From: Raja brachyura
Taxonomy: Eukaryota
Assembly (NCBI GenBank): GCA_963514005.1
Contig: OY740781.1
Location: forward strand, 44,888,001 to 44,952,000
Length of the DNA stretch: 64,000 nucleotides
Direction: 5' to 3'
Every line of letters begins with the position of its first letter. Position 1 is the stretch's first letter. Below are positions 1 through 11,520 of this stretch, in pieces. A program made the translations under genes and the position numbers. The notes beneath the pieces were generated by a model. It saw only the letters and a list, made by a program, of their open reading frames with translations. It made no database searches and was not told the DNA's origin.

Positions 1-1789
1 TGTCGGATCAAATTTAGTCAGAGGGTCACCAGAGGTAGATAGTAGGACTGCTCTCTAGTTGTGGTAGGACGATTCAGTTGCCTGATAACAGCTGAGAAGA
101 AATTGTCCCTGTCCCTGAATCTGGAGTTCCTCCAGCACTTTGCTTTTTGCTCAAGGTTCCAGCATCTGCAGTTTCTTGTACTGGCCTTACTCCCAGTACC
201 AGGCTGACTTAATATTGATAGTGGTGAATCAGACCCTCAACAAGACTAAAAGCAGCCAGTGATCTAATTAGGAGGTTGTGACCGATTATATAATTGAATG
301 TAATATTAAAATTGGGCTAGGGTAACTGGTTCTGTTTGCAACTTCATGAGGAAAATAACCAAATCTAATCAAGGACTTTTTTGCTCCCTGTTGATTTCCT
401 CTTCTCCTGCCTCTGTTGGGCAGAAGATACAAAAGCTTGAAAGTATGTCTCACCAGATTCAGGAACAGTTTTCACCCCACTGTCATCGGTCCACTGAATG
501 ACCCTCCCATAAGCTGGAGTGTAGCCTCAATCTTCCAATCTATCTCATTGAGGATCTTGGACTATTTCTCTGTAATGGTAATGCTATAGTGCTGTAACCA
601 TCTGATATTTTCTGCACTAGTTGTGGTTTGACTGTACTCATGTATGGCATGATTTGATTTGACTAGATAGCATGCAAACAGAAAGCTTTTCACCAAATGC
701 CATTAAACGTGACCATAACAAATCAATACCAATACTAAAGGTAGACAGAATTGCTGGAGAAACTCAGCGGGTGCGGCAGCATCTTTGGAGCGAAGGAAAT
801 AGGCAATGTTTCGGGTTGAAACCCTTCTTCAGATCCTCTTCATACCAATACCAATACCAATACCAGCCGAACAAATAGAGAAGCAATTACCACTTTACCT
901 TGTAGAAATTAAGGACTATGATTGAAATCTAGCTAGAATTTAGATATGCAAAAGTTAATCAAAGACTGATGCCTTGATTTCATTTAAAGTTAAGTTTGAT
1001 AAATTCAATGATATTTTGTAGATTCCATCATCATTCTTCCTTATAACATTCCACAATGTGCTGCTCTTTGTTGACTCCACTTATCATCTCCTAGCCTCTG
1101 CTGTTCCCTCACCCAACTGGCTCCATCTGCCCATCAGGGTCTTGACCTGAAATGTCAACTAATCCTTTGCCTCCGCAGCTTCTTCTTGACCCATTAAGTT
1201 CCTCCAGCTACTTTGTTTTCTTCCTGTGTCAAAAGTTGAGTCTTAGTTGCATAGGACTTTTGGAAAATACAAGGAACAAAGAATATTCACACATGTTCTA
1301 TAAAAAGCCATAGACAGCATAGAAATCCATTATGCATAGAAATCTGATTGATGGACAGAAGCAAGATTAAGGTAACCTATTGATTGGAAATGTTCTCTGT
1401 TTACTTCTCCCCCAAGATACCAACATTGATGTAAACTGAAAATGGTGCACCCTGGAACAAGAGTATAGATTTTCACCATTGTCAACAGTCAAGAGTGTTT
1501 AATTGTCATATGTGTTGAAAGAGAACAATTAAATTCCTACTTGCAGCAACTTAACAGGCCCATAAATGCAATACACACGGACAAAACATAATAAAAAATA
1601 AATCAATAGATTAATAACCATAGTACTGGGTAGCAATAATAGTGCAAAAACTGAAGTCTGTAAGTGCAACTAAAGACACAGTCCACAGAAGTTCATAGTT
1701 ATGATGTAGTGGCTAGTATTGCACCTTGTTCAAGAGCCTGATGGAAACTGTTGAACCTATTGAAAGAGAGGGAAGCTTACACCCCATTG

Positions 1790-2020
1790 GTATGAACATT
1801 GACTCTCTCCATCCCCTCCCCCCTCCCAGTTCTCTTGCCAGCTTTACCGTTTCCAACTACATTTTATCTCTGTACCGCCCACTCCCCTGACATTAGTCTG
1901 AAGGTCTCGACCCAAAACATCACCCATTCCTTCTATCCAGAGATGCTGCCTGACCCGCTGAGTTGCTCCAGCATTATGTGTCTATCTTCGATAAAAGAGC
2001 ATCTGCAGTTCTTTCCTACT
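1790..2020 (+). repeat. Penelope-type terminal (pLTR-derived) repeat, decayed
   Basis: Contains gtctgaaggtctcgacccaaaacatcacccattccttctatccagagatgctgcc, the reverse complement of the terminus of the Penelope copies at 2321 and 51971; hammerhead core partly deleted. Confidence 0.7.
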
Positions 2021-2320
2021 CCACTATACAGCTTGACAGTATGCTTTCCATTGTACATCTTTCGAGGTTTTTCTGAGTCACTGGAAACAAGGCAAATTTC
2101 CTTAGTCTTCTCAGGAAGCTGAGGGATTGGTTTACCTTATTGGCTATTGCATCAATGTGGCTGGCCTACGACAGATTGTTGGTAATATTAATGTCAAAGA
2201 GCTTGAAGCTCTCAACTATGCTCACTTCGGTACCATTGATGCTGATTGGGGCATCTGCACCACCGCAATACTTGGTCAATAACTGCCTCCTTTGTCTTGC
2301 TGACATTGAGAGAGAGGTTA

Positions 2321-3294
2321 CACAAAAAGCTGGAGAAACTCAGCGGGTGCAGCAGCATCTAAGGAGCGAAGGAGATAGGCGACGTTTCGGGTCGAGACCC
2401 TTCTTCAGACTGGTCAGGGATCAGGGAAACGAGAGATATAAACAGTGATATGGAGAGATAAAGCAAGAACAATGAGTGAAAGATATGCAAAAAAGTATTG
2501 GTGATAAGGGAAGCAAGCCATTGTAAGCTGTTTCTGGTGTGAAAATGAGAAGCTAGTGCGACTTGGGGGGGGGGGGGGGGGGAGATGGAGAAGGAATGTC
2601 AGGGCCCGAGGGCTGAGGGAGAGGTGGGGGGGGGGGGGAAGGGAGCAGTCTGGGTTAACAGAATTGAGAAAATTCAATGTTTAAGCCCAGAGGATGCAGA
2701 CTCCCCAAGCGGAATATGAGATGTTGTTCCTCAAACTTGCGGTGTTGTTCACTCTGGCCATGGAGGAGGCCCAGGACCGAGAGGTTGGATACGGAGTGGG
2801 AGGGGGAGTTGAAGTGCTGAGCCACCGGGAGGTCGGGTTGGTTATTGCGGACCGAGCGGAGGTGTTCGGCGAAACGATCGCCTAGCCTCCGCTTGGTCTC
2901 ACCGATGTAGATTAGCTGGCATCTGGAGCAACGGATGCAGTAGACGAGGTTGGAGGAGGTGCAGGTGAACCTCTGTCGGACTTGGAATGACTGCTTGGGT
3001 CCCTGAAAGGAGTGGATGGGGGAGGTGAAGGGACAAGTGTAGCATCTCTTGCGGTTGCAAGGGAAAGTGCCCGGGGAAGGAGTGGAGCGGGAGGGAAGGG
3101 AAGAATTGACGAGGGAGTTGCGGAGGGAGCGGTCTTTGCGGAAGGCAGACAGGGGGGGAGATGGGAAGATGTGGCGAGTGGAGGGGTCACGTTGGAGGTG
3201 GCGAAACTGGCGGAGGACTATCTGTTGTATGCGCTGGCTGGTGGGGTGAAAGGTGAGGACCAGGGGGACTCGGCCCTTGTTGTGAGTGGGGGAG
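2321..3294 (-). mobile_element. 5'-truncated Penelope-like element (GIY-YIG endonuclease end plus terminal repeat)
   Basis: Minus strand encodes CTSSNLVYCIRCSRCQLIYIGETKRRLGDRFAEH. 14-bp direct repeat TGAGAGAGAGGTTA at 2307-2320 and 3295-3308. Highly similar to 51971-52930. Confidence 0.9.
2381..2408 (-). ncRNA. Minimal hammerhead ribozyme core in Penelope terminus
   Basis: Minus strand CUGAAGA-A-GGG-UCUCGA-CCC-GAAAC-GUC: CUGANGA and GAAA boxes, stem II, loop-less stem III, GUC cleavage triplet. Stem I is very short. Confidence 0.65.
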
Positions 3295-5934
3295 TGAGAG
3301 AGAGGTTATTGTCCAGACACAGTCCTCTATCTCCTTTCTCTCATTATTCATGATCCGATCCACCACAGTAGTGTCACAGCCATGATCACATTGAATGGTG
3401 GTGCTGGCTCGAAGGGCCGAGTGGCCTACTCCTGCACCTATTGTCTATTGTCACTTGCAAACATGTAGACAGAATTAGGGCTAAATCTGGCCGCACTGCG
3501 GTGAATGTAAAGGGAGCATATTAGGGGACTGAAAATGTATCCTTGTGCGGATCCGGTGTTAAGATTTATTGTGGAGGAGGTGTTATCACCTATCGATAAT
3601 GTCTATGGATCCATGGGTACATCCTTAATGTCTGCAGTCAGTGATCACCATTTTATGTTCTGAACATTTATATGATATATTTTTAGACTTTAAAGATTTA
3701 GACAGCACCCATAGTCAGGATCAAAGCCGGGTCTCTGGTGCTGTAAGGCAGCAACTCTACCATTGCGCCAACAATATATCTATTGAAAATAAATATATTA
3801 ATTCCAAGATCTAAATAAGTTAATTTAGCACATTTTGGAAATTCCAGGTTTACCTGGACATGAAAATGAAAACAGATTTACCATTGACGTATGCCTGTGT
3901 CATCAAAACTCAGCCTGTCCTCTTTAAAACTGAAGATAGACACAAAAAGCTGGAGTAACTCAGCGGGAGAGGCAGCATCTCTGGAAAGAAGCAATGGGTG
4001 ATATTTTGGGTCGAGACTCTTTAGAACTGACCCCATCCATGAGCATCTTCCTCTTCTGAATTTTCAGTGTTCTCTTTCATATTCCTAAGTGCATATCATC
4101 TAAAATGCATTAGTTTTCTTCAAATTTAAAGGTGAAGAAGCACAGGAAAAGTAATTTTTTTAGAATTTGAATTATCGGAAAAGTTTTGAAGGCTGCTTTC
4201 AGATTAGCTGTTCTTACGATCTTTCTACCTGGTACTTTCATTCAAAAGTGGTCTTGATCTCCGTGTGTTATCTTATGCTGCAGTTTGCTTAGTAGCTACT
4301 TGACAGCGCCTGAATGGTGCCACTGTGGAAGAATCTTGCAAGGGTATGCAGCATCCCTTCAGAACAAAGGAGTAAACCAGATGACTTTGCTGAATTGGTA
4401 TTAGAATCTACCCTGAGGGGGGTGAGTTCACAAGCAGTTGTACCATCTGTTCAGTTAATACCGAGATACTTCAATCCATATAATGAAGGCCCATGAGTAA
4501 AACTCATGTCAAGCTTTCTTTAATGATACTGTATTTTAACAGTTTTGTTGCTTATCTTAAAATAAAAGTTCTGTGTTCTAATGGTACAGGTTGAAAATCC
4601 CAAAGCAGAGCACGCAAAAGTCTTAAAGAATGGTAAAGGGCAAAATAGATATTAAAAAGTATTATACCTATGATAACAAGGAACTGCAGATGCTGGTTTA
4701 CCAAAAGATGAGACAAAGTGCTGGGTCAGGCAGCATCTCTGGAGAACATGGATAGGTGACGTTACAGTTCAGAACTTTTCCCCAGACTTGTGGTCAGTGT
4801 TGTTTAAGTAGAATGCATGGGGCATACCGACTTCATGCTTCTGTTCACAGGCTGGAATGATCAACAGGTGGGTAAAAGCATAAATAACCAGCTCTAATTA
4901 TAGGGGGCAGATAAAAAAGGTGGAGAAACTCAGCGGGTGAGGCAGCATCTATGGAGCGAAGGAATAGGCAATGTTTCGGGTCGAGACCCTTCTTCAGGAT
5001 ATTTCAGCTCCAATTATAGGTAGTTTACAACTGTTTAAAGCTGACTAAATGCTTAAAGGGACAGTGCATTGTGACAGTGGTAATTATAGCCTGATTTTCG
5101 ACAAGTGAAGCTGTTCTGGAATAGGATTGCCACAGATGAATGGCCAAGTCAGTTCAGTTTAGTTTGGTTTATTGTCATGTGTACCGAGATACAGTGAAAA
5201 GCTTTTGTTGCATGCTAACCAGTCAGCAGAAATACATGATTACAATCAATCTTGATTAGTACGGGTGTCAGGGGTTATGGGGAGAAAGCAGGAGAATGAG
5301 GTTGAGAGAGAAAGACAGATCAGCCGTGAGTGAATGGCAGAGAAGACTTCAATGGCAGAAGTTATGCTCCTATAACTTATGAACATGATAAATTTAGTTT
5401 CACAGGAAAGAGCAAGTTCCATGTTTCCCAAATATACAGTATACTGGAGATCTCCTTGATGAAAGTGGAACTGAGGAGAAATAGTCAGCATGATGACCTT
5501 ACCGATACAGACACAGGGGCACTGTGAGTAGATAACTCTGGAGGTCAATGTCTGGAGTCAAGATCTAATAACCCAGTTGTTGTGCAGAAGACATTTGATG
5601 ATTGCACCCATAAAAGCTCAGTCAACCACTGTACTTTCAAATGCCAAATCCTACAAATTGCACTGCCAGGCTCGGGCACTGATACATTTTCCATACCCAC
5701 ATCAATTACCTGCCAGCAATATCTGTCAGGCTGCATTCCTAACATGCTAAATGGCCATGGTAACCTTGCTGAATATTTCCAGCAGTTTCAGATTTTATTT
5801 CAGATTTAGAGCATCTGCAGATTTGTTTTGTATCCCCGAGTGCAGCAATTCTCTAAAGTACTCTTCCCCCGAGGCCAGTGGAGGCCAAATCATGAGATAC
5901 ATTTGTGCTGAAGGTAGATGAGTTTTTTTTAAAG

Positions 5935-6410
5935 ATCGATATCAATGATTTGGATGACAACATACACGGCAAGATTAGTAAGTTTGCAGATGATACAAAA
6001 GTGGGTGGTTTTGCAGACAGTGAAGATGGTTGCGAAAAATTGCTGCAGGATATTGATCGATTGGCCAGGTGGGGCTGAGGAATGGTTGATGGAATTTAAT
6101 ACAGAGTAAGGTGAGGTGTTGCATTTTGTGAAGTCTAACATGGGCAGGACCAACACAGTGAATGATTGGGCTTTGGGGAGTGTTGTAGAGCAGAGGGATC
6201 TATGAGTGCAGTTACATGGTTTCTTGAAGGTGGGTGTTTGGAACAAACTGCCAAAGGAGGCAGTTGAGGCCGGGACTTTCGCAACATTTAAGAAACAGTT
6301 AGACAGGTACATGAATAAGACAGGTTTGGAGGGATATGGACCAAATGCAGGCAGGTGGGACTAGTGTAGCTGGGACATGTTGGTTAATTTGAGGTGTTGG
6401 ATGGAGTTCC
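5935..6410 (+). mobile_element. Decayed CR1-type LINE 3' fragment
   Basis: INDLD..ISKFADDTKVGG RT motif at about 5941-6009, internal deletions, CR1-type 3' end (ggagggatatggaccaaatgcaggcaggtgggactag). Confidence 0.8.
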
Positions 6411-6581
6411 AAAATGGTAGCACTAGCAATGCTGATTTGCCTCCACTTACTCTCCAGCAACTTGGGGTAAGCTTAGTTCATCAGAGAATTATATGCCAGT
6501 GGTATTTACACAATCCGTGGTGTCAAGCTGCACAGATAACAACCAAAGAACTGATGGTGTCAATCCAAATTATCCTCTAAC

Positions 6582-6759
6582 GATATACGCAAAAAGCTGG
6601 AGTAACTCAGCGGAACAGGCAGCATCCCTGGAGAGAAGGAATGGGTGATGTTTCGGGTCGAGACCCATCTGCACACGGCTCTCAACCCGAAACGTCACCT
6701 ATTCCTTCTCTCCAGAGATGCTGCCTGTCCCGCTGTTACTCCAGCTTTTTGCATCTATC
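6582..6759. repeat. Fold-back element made of two inverted Penelope-terminus repeats
   Basis: gcaaaaagctggagtaactcagcgg..tttcgggtcgagacc followed by its near-exact reverse complement; arms about 80 bp. Confidence 0.85.
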
Positions 6760-7926
6760 TTTAGAGGATAATATGTCTTTCATCAGCTTAGACCAGTATC
6801 TGCAGTTCCTTCCTACAAATTATCCTCCATCTGTGTCAGAAGAATTGTCTCATCAGAATGAGCTTTACAAACTGTGATGAAGTATATGTTTAGTTGAATT
6901 TGTAATCTTCTTAATATGCTTTTAAAAAGGCTGCTCAATTAGGAAGTGCGGTATTATGAACAATGTGGTGAAAAGCATGCAGCTGCTGATAAACGACTTG
7001 CATGATTGGCAGGCCTTGATCTAAATTTATGAGCTAGCGGAGAATCATGCCAAAATTAATTTGATAATATTCATCATTTTCAGTAATATATAGAATCTCA
7101 TTGTTAAAGTGGCATTGTATCCTTCTGCAGCAACAATGGAATATTGTGCACTCACAACAAATGAATCAACTGCTTATAATCCAAGTACTTTTGAAACTAC
7201 TGTGGCAATGGCATCTGCAGAATTTCCACAGGATTTATCAATAATTCCACTCACCTAGTGGAAATAAAAAGAGTGACACAGACAGTCTTTATGCCCTGAA
7301 GCAAATGCACCTCCTGCCAGACAACATCAATAGGCAGTGATGACAACATTCAAGGGAGAGACCCAACATAAGAGTCTGTCTGAAGGCTGAAGTCGATAAA
7401 GCAGAGAGTAACCAGAGATGTACAAAGTAAGAACCTGTGTTTATATATTTGATCACATTTAATGACTGAACTGTCACTGCCACGGGTGTGGCAAAGAGAG
7501 GAGGGAATGCAAAAAAAAAAATGATGACCAGGAGAACAAAGAGCATATGGTGGAGAAGGAAGCAGGAAGGCGAGAGGAAGTTTCAGAAATAGATCTAAAG
7601 CATAAGGATTCAAATTTAAAACTGGAAGCATTGTAGAGCCAGGGATTAATATAGGGTGTCGGACACTTGGTCCTTGGGTTAAAATCTTAGGCAATGGATA
7701 ATAAAAGGCTGGTTGTGAGAGTGTCAGAATTGACAAAGGCATGGGAGAGAGGTTCATCAGTCAAAGTGTTTCATTTATTTTTAATGAGGCTACACTGTTA
7801 AAATAGTGAATAGAGGGACATCAAGTCATGGCATACAGTGTCTGCTGCATACTGTATGAGGAAAAGCTAAGCCTTCTGCTTGGAAAAAAATCCCCTGTTT
7901 ACTTTTAACTTTTACGTGCATCTAAT

Positions 7927-8664
7927 TGTTAATATTGGCTAAATTAAAGACACCATAAAATGGAGGATCCCTGCACTTGTCAGAACTGCTTAACCCTTGT
8001 CAGTTGAACTTCACAGGCTTTGATTGGCACCAGCCAGTCTTGGTTCAGACTGATATACAGGATGGTAAGGGGTCCAGGTGTTCTCCTTGTTTCTCTTAAA
8101 TTGATAACATGTATAGCGGTATTGCAAACTAAACTTGAATGCATCATTTCTTTTGGATCACTGCAAAAGCATTGTAAGCAGTACACATAATGTTGCAAGA
8201 CGGTCATCCTGTTAATTGATGATTGTTTAGCCTTGGAAATATTGTTTGAATCTCAGGGCACATGTTTCAATGTTGTTCTTGTTTGCTTCCTTCAAGAGCT
8301 TTCTTTCTTATACAATGTATTGAGCTGCTGTATTATTGGGTTAGGGAAATGTCAGTTATGTATGGGGTTAATTGATATCTCTAATTGGATTATTAAGAGA
8401 CCACCCCCATGTGGTTCGGCCCCTCGAGGTCCCGGGACATATAAAAGTCCGCTACCACGAGGTCCAGCGTCAATCTTCTGGGAGAGCGCTTGGGACTGCA
8501 TGACGTTCTGGAGTGTCTCTGTTTGATCAAACCAATGGTGGGATAGGTACAGTAGTTGAACTGTAATTGTGCTTTGTTAAAATAAAGATTAGTTGTTCAA
8601 GTGCTTGATTCAGTGTTTTTTGACTAAAACTAGACTCGGGGGAAGCTTAGAAGAGCAATTTACA
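7927..8664 (+). repeat. ERV-A 5' LTR (738 bp)
   Basis: TGTT..TACA termini, TATAAAA 8440-8446, AATAAA 8581-8586; direct repeat of 14921-15378 plus 20714-20756. Confidence 0.95.
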
Positions 8665-8665
8665 T

Positions 8666-8683
8666 TGGGGGCTCATCCGGGAT
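8666..8683 (+). promoter_or_regulatory. Primer-binding site, tRNA-Pro
   Basis: TGGGGGCTCATCCGGGAT, 17/18 match to the canonical tRNA-Pro PBS TGGGGGCTCGTCCGGGAT, 1 nt after the LTR end. Confidence 0.95.
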
Positions 8684-9574
8684 CTCAAAAGATCCCCAAA
8701 CTCAAGGTTGCGATCAAGGGTGTGTCGATCGCGAGTGCAGAAATCGGACCCACGGTGCTGTTTTCACATTGATTTTCGGCACTTTGTTAGTCGGAGCAGA
8801 TCGATCATTCGCGGGCTTGGGAAAGGGTCTAATCGAGATCATTAGAACAGAGACTAGCAAGCACTTGGGGGGGGGGGGGGGTGATTAGTGCTCCTTTGGG
8901 TTAGGGGCCCATAAAACCTGGGTGGAGTTAGCGGCCCTGCTGGGGTTGGGTTAGAGTCCCTTTCCTGGGTTAGAGGCCCAAAACTTTGGTCGTAGTTGGC
9001 AGACTGCAGCTGCTTTAACGTGAGCCAAACGCACTTCCTCGGGCGAGGAATGGCCCAGGGTTAGATTTGTTATTCAATTGGTGGGGTATTAAAAAACAGG
9101 TCTGACCTACATATCGATCGGATCTAAGGGTGTATATTTGTATTTGTTTAAGATCGTATTGTGAGAATCTGAATCGGGGTGGCTCGATCAGGAGTTGTGC
9201 TCTTTCGATCGCTGCGTTGGGGGAGGAATCATCCTGCTGACCGGTCGTGCCACGGGTAGGATTTCTTGGAGTGTGTGATGTATAATAAATGAATGTCTTT
9301 GATTTATGCATGAGTGTGAATAGGTATATTTCTGATAAGTGGACTAATTTTGTTTTTGTGTTCAATTTTGCTCACATGTATAGAGTTCATTTGCATGCGT
9401 TCAGATTAAGATCGGGGATAGGAGACGGGCTGCGAGAACGTGTGTGAGTGTGATTGGTTGTTTCCTGGAGCATTTTGATTTGAAAATTGTATAAAACGAC
9501 TTTAGTAATTTCAAAATTAGAAAGGGAAATTGTTAAGAGGTACGAGTAGTTTAGTTGCTTCCTTATCCAACAGA

Positions 9575-11520
9575 ATGGGAAACCTAGCAAATAAAGATAT
9601 GACTGCTGACTTGGAAAGTCCTCTGCAAGAAATATGCAGCGAATTTCCACAAAAAGCTGATCGATTGAGAATCCTTTCAGGATCGTTAAATAGAGAATTA
9701 GGGAACAAATGATGGCCCCGAGGGGGCATAGATACAGTAAAGGGATTAAAATACATTGAGCAGATTATATTGCAGTGCAGTGATAATATAGAGGCACAGG
9801 AATTAATTGAATTGTGGAGAAACATCTATGAGGAACAGAAAGCAAGTAGAACGGGGGAAAGAATGGCAATTTGGAAGGAAGAAACTCTAAAACGGGGGAT
9901 AGTATTAGAAGATACTGACGCGTTTGAACCTCCAGGTAGCCAAAGGGAAGAGCCTGAGAGTATTAAATATAAAGGGGGAAGGAAATCCTTTACAGAAAGA
10001 TTATTATCCATAAGTCTTAAGCGCGAGGACCCAATGGTTGGCACTGGTTACGAGGGGGATGACGATGATTATTTAGAAGACTGGGACAATGTTAGAACTA
10101 GAAATTGAAGTCCACCACCTTATTCACCTAACGATCCCAATACCTCAAATGCACATCGCGGAGTTCATAATGGGAATAGACAATCAAATTCCAGGGCACA
10201 AACTTCCTTAACCCCAACCGCTCTGCCCAATACAGACAGTCCTAGAGTTCACGGTACCAGATGCCAAACTTGGAAAAAGACTAAATTAGTTATGGAGAAA
10301 GAAGGGCATACCCCTAGACAAATTGAACGAGCAGTTAGGAAGGACAAAAATCCTTTAGAAAGTACCGTGAACCCCGTGGTGAAGGGGAAGATACATCTGG
10401 GTGTGAGACCATAATTAAAGAGACTGAGGTAGATCCTGAAGCTCAACAAATAACCCTTAGACAGTTCCCTGTGAGGGAATTGCCTAATTCTTCTTTTGAT
10501 CCAGCAATGCAGTGAGTGCAAATAATCCCCGTACTATTAGAGTCTATTGCCCATGGAAGCCTAATGAGGTGATGGTTATTTTAAGTCAAATACACGATTG
10601 TAGAAAATCACCCACTTCTTTTGTGGTTCACTTAAGAACTACAATGTGCATTTATCACCTGATTCCCAGGATTTATGGGTGGTTAGCCAGCAAATAATTA
10701 CTCCAATGAGCATGCCAGATTCCTAATAAATTTAGGACATTTGTCACATGAAATTCTTGCAAATATAATAGCGGACAATCAAGCAAGCAAGAAAGCTGCT
10801 TTAACAGCTCTTCCCAACACCCTTCAAAAACAATCGATTTGGCCAGAAATGAGATGTAAGACCAAAAAGGGGAGAAGGAGTGGATGAGTTTTTAGAGAGA
10901 TTCTCTGAATTATATATGGATCAACCGGGTGACTTAAATTACAGAAATTGAGTAAATTCCTCTCAATATTGTGCCATCTTACTGAATTGCCTTCCCAACA
11001 ACGTAGCTGAATCCGTTAAGACCAATAACATGGACTGGACAGAAAATACTGCCAGTCAAATGGCTAGGGCTGTAAGATATCACTGGTGGGACATAAAGAA
11101 GCAGGATAGCCTGCCTGCAGTAAAACATAAAACTGAATATGTGATCAGAAAAGAAATACCAAAATTTGACTGAATCATGGATCCCTAGTGTACCAACAAA
11201 CTATGGACTGGGAGAAGTTAGAGATCCGGAATATCCAGACCGATGTTATAGAGAAGCATCTGCCCTAGAGCCAGTCCTCCAAAACCAGGGCTAAGGACAG
11301 GCCGGCCACCAGGAATGAGCCAGTGTTATCATTGCAGAGGGGTCAGTCACTGGAGTAGGGGGCGCCCAAATAAAGAAAGGAACGACAGAGGGTGGTCACA
11401 GAAAAAAATATCCAAGATCAAAGAGAGTGGAGAGATCAACAGAGAGCACAGAGGGAACTGGCTGGAAAATCAGGAGCAAATCTCCTTTTCTCAGAGTAAC
11501 CCATTCACACGCCTGGCAGT
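9575..11520 (+). pseudogene. gag: ERV-A gag, many stops and frameshifts
   Basis: Starts MGNLANK (Met-Gly myristoylation type); PPPY late domain 10112-10123; capsid-like PWKPNEV..KSPTSF; zinc knuckle CYHCRGVSHWSRGR with the last Cys mutated. Confidence 0.85.

Larger units (their letters stand above)
2040..3380 (-). mobile_element. Old Rex/Babar-like LINE RT fragment, split by a Penelope insertion
   Basis: Joining 3295-3320 to 2290-2306 on the minus strand gives ..CLDNNLSLNVSKTKE.., the WCxxNNLxLNVxKTKE RT motif; a similar sequence lies at 43960-44425. Confidence 0.55.

Noticed and set aside
740-835. Recurring ~90-bp repeats as a CRISPR-like array
   Set aside because: Dispersed, in both orientations, without regular spacers; they are Penelope termini in a eukaryote.
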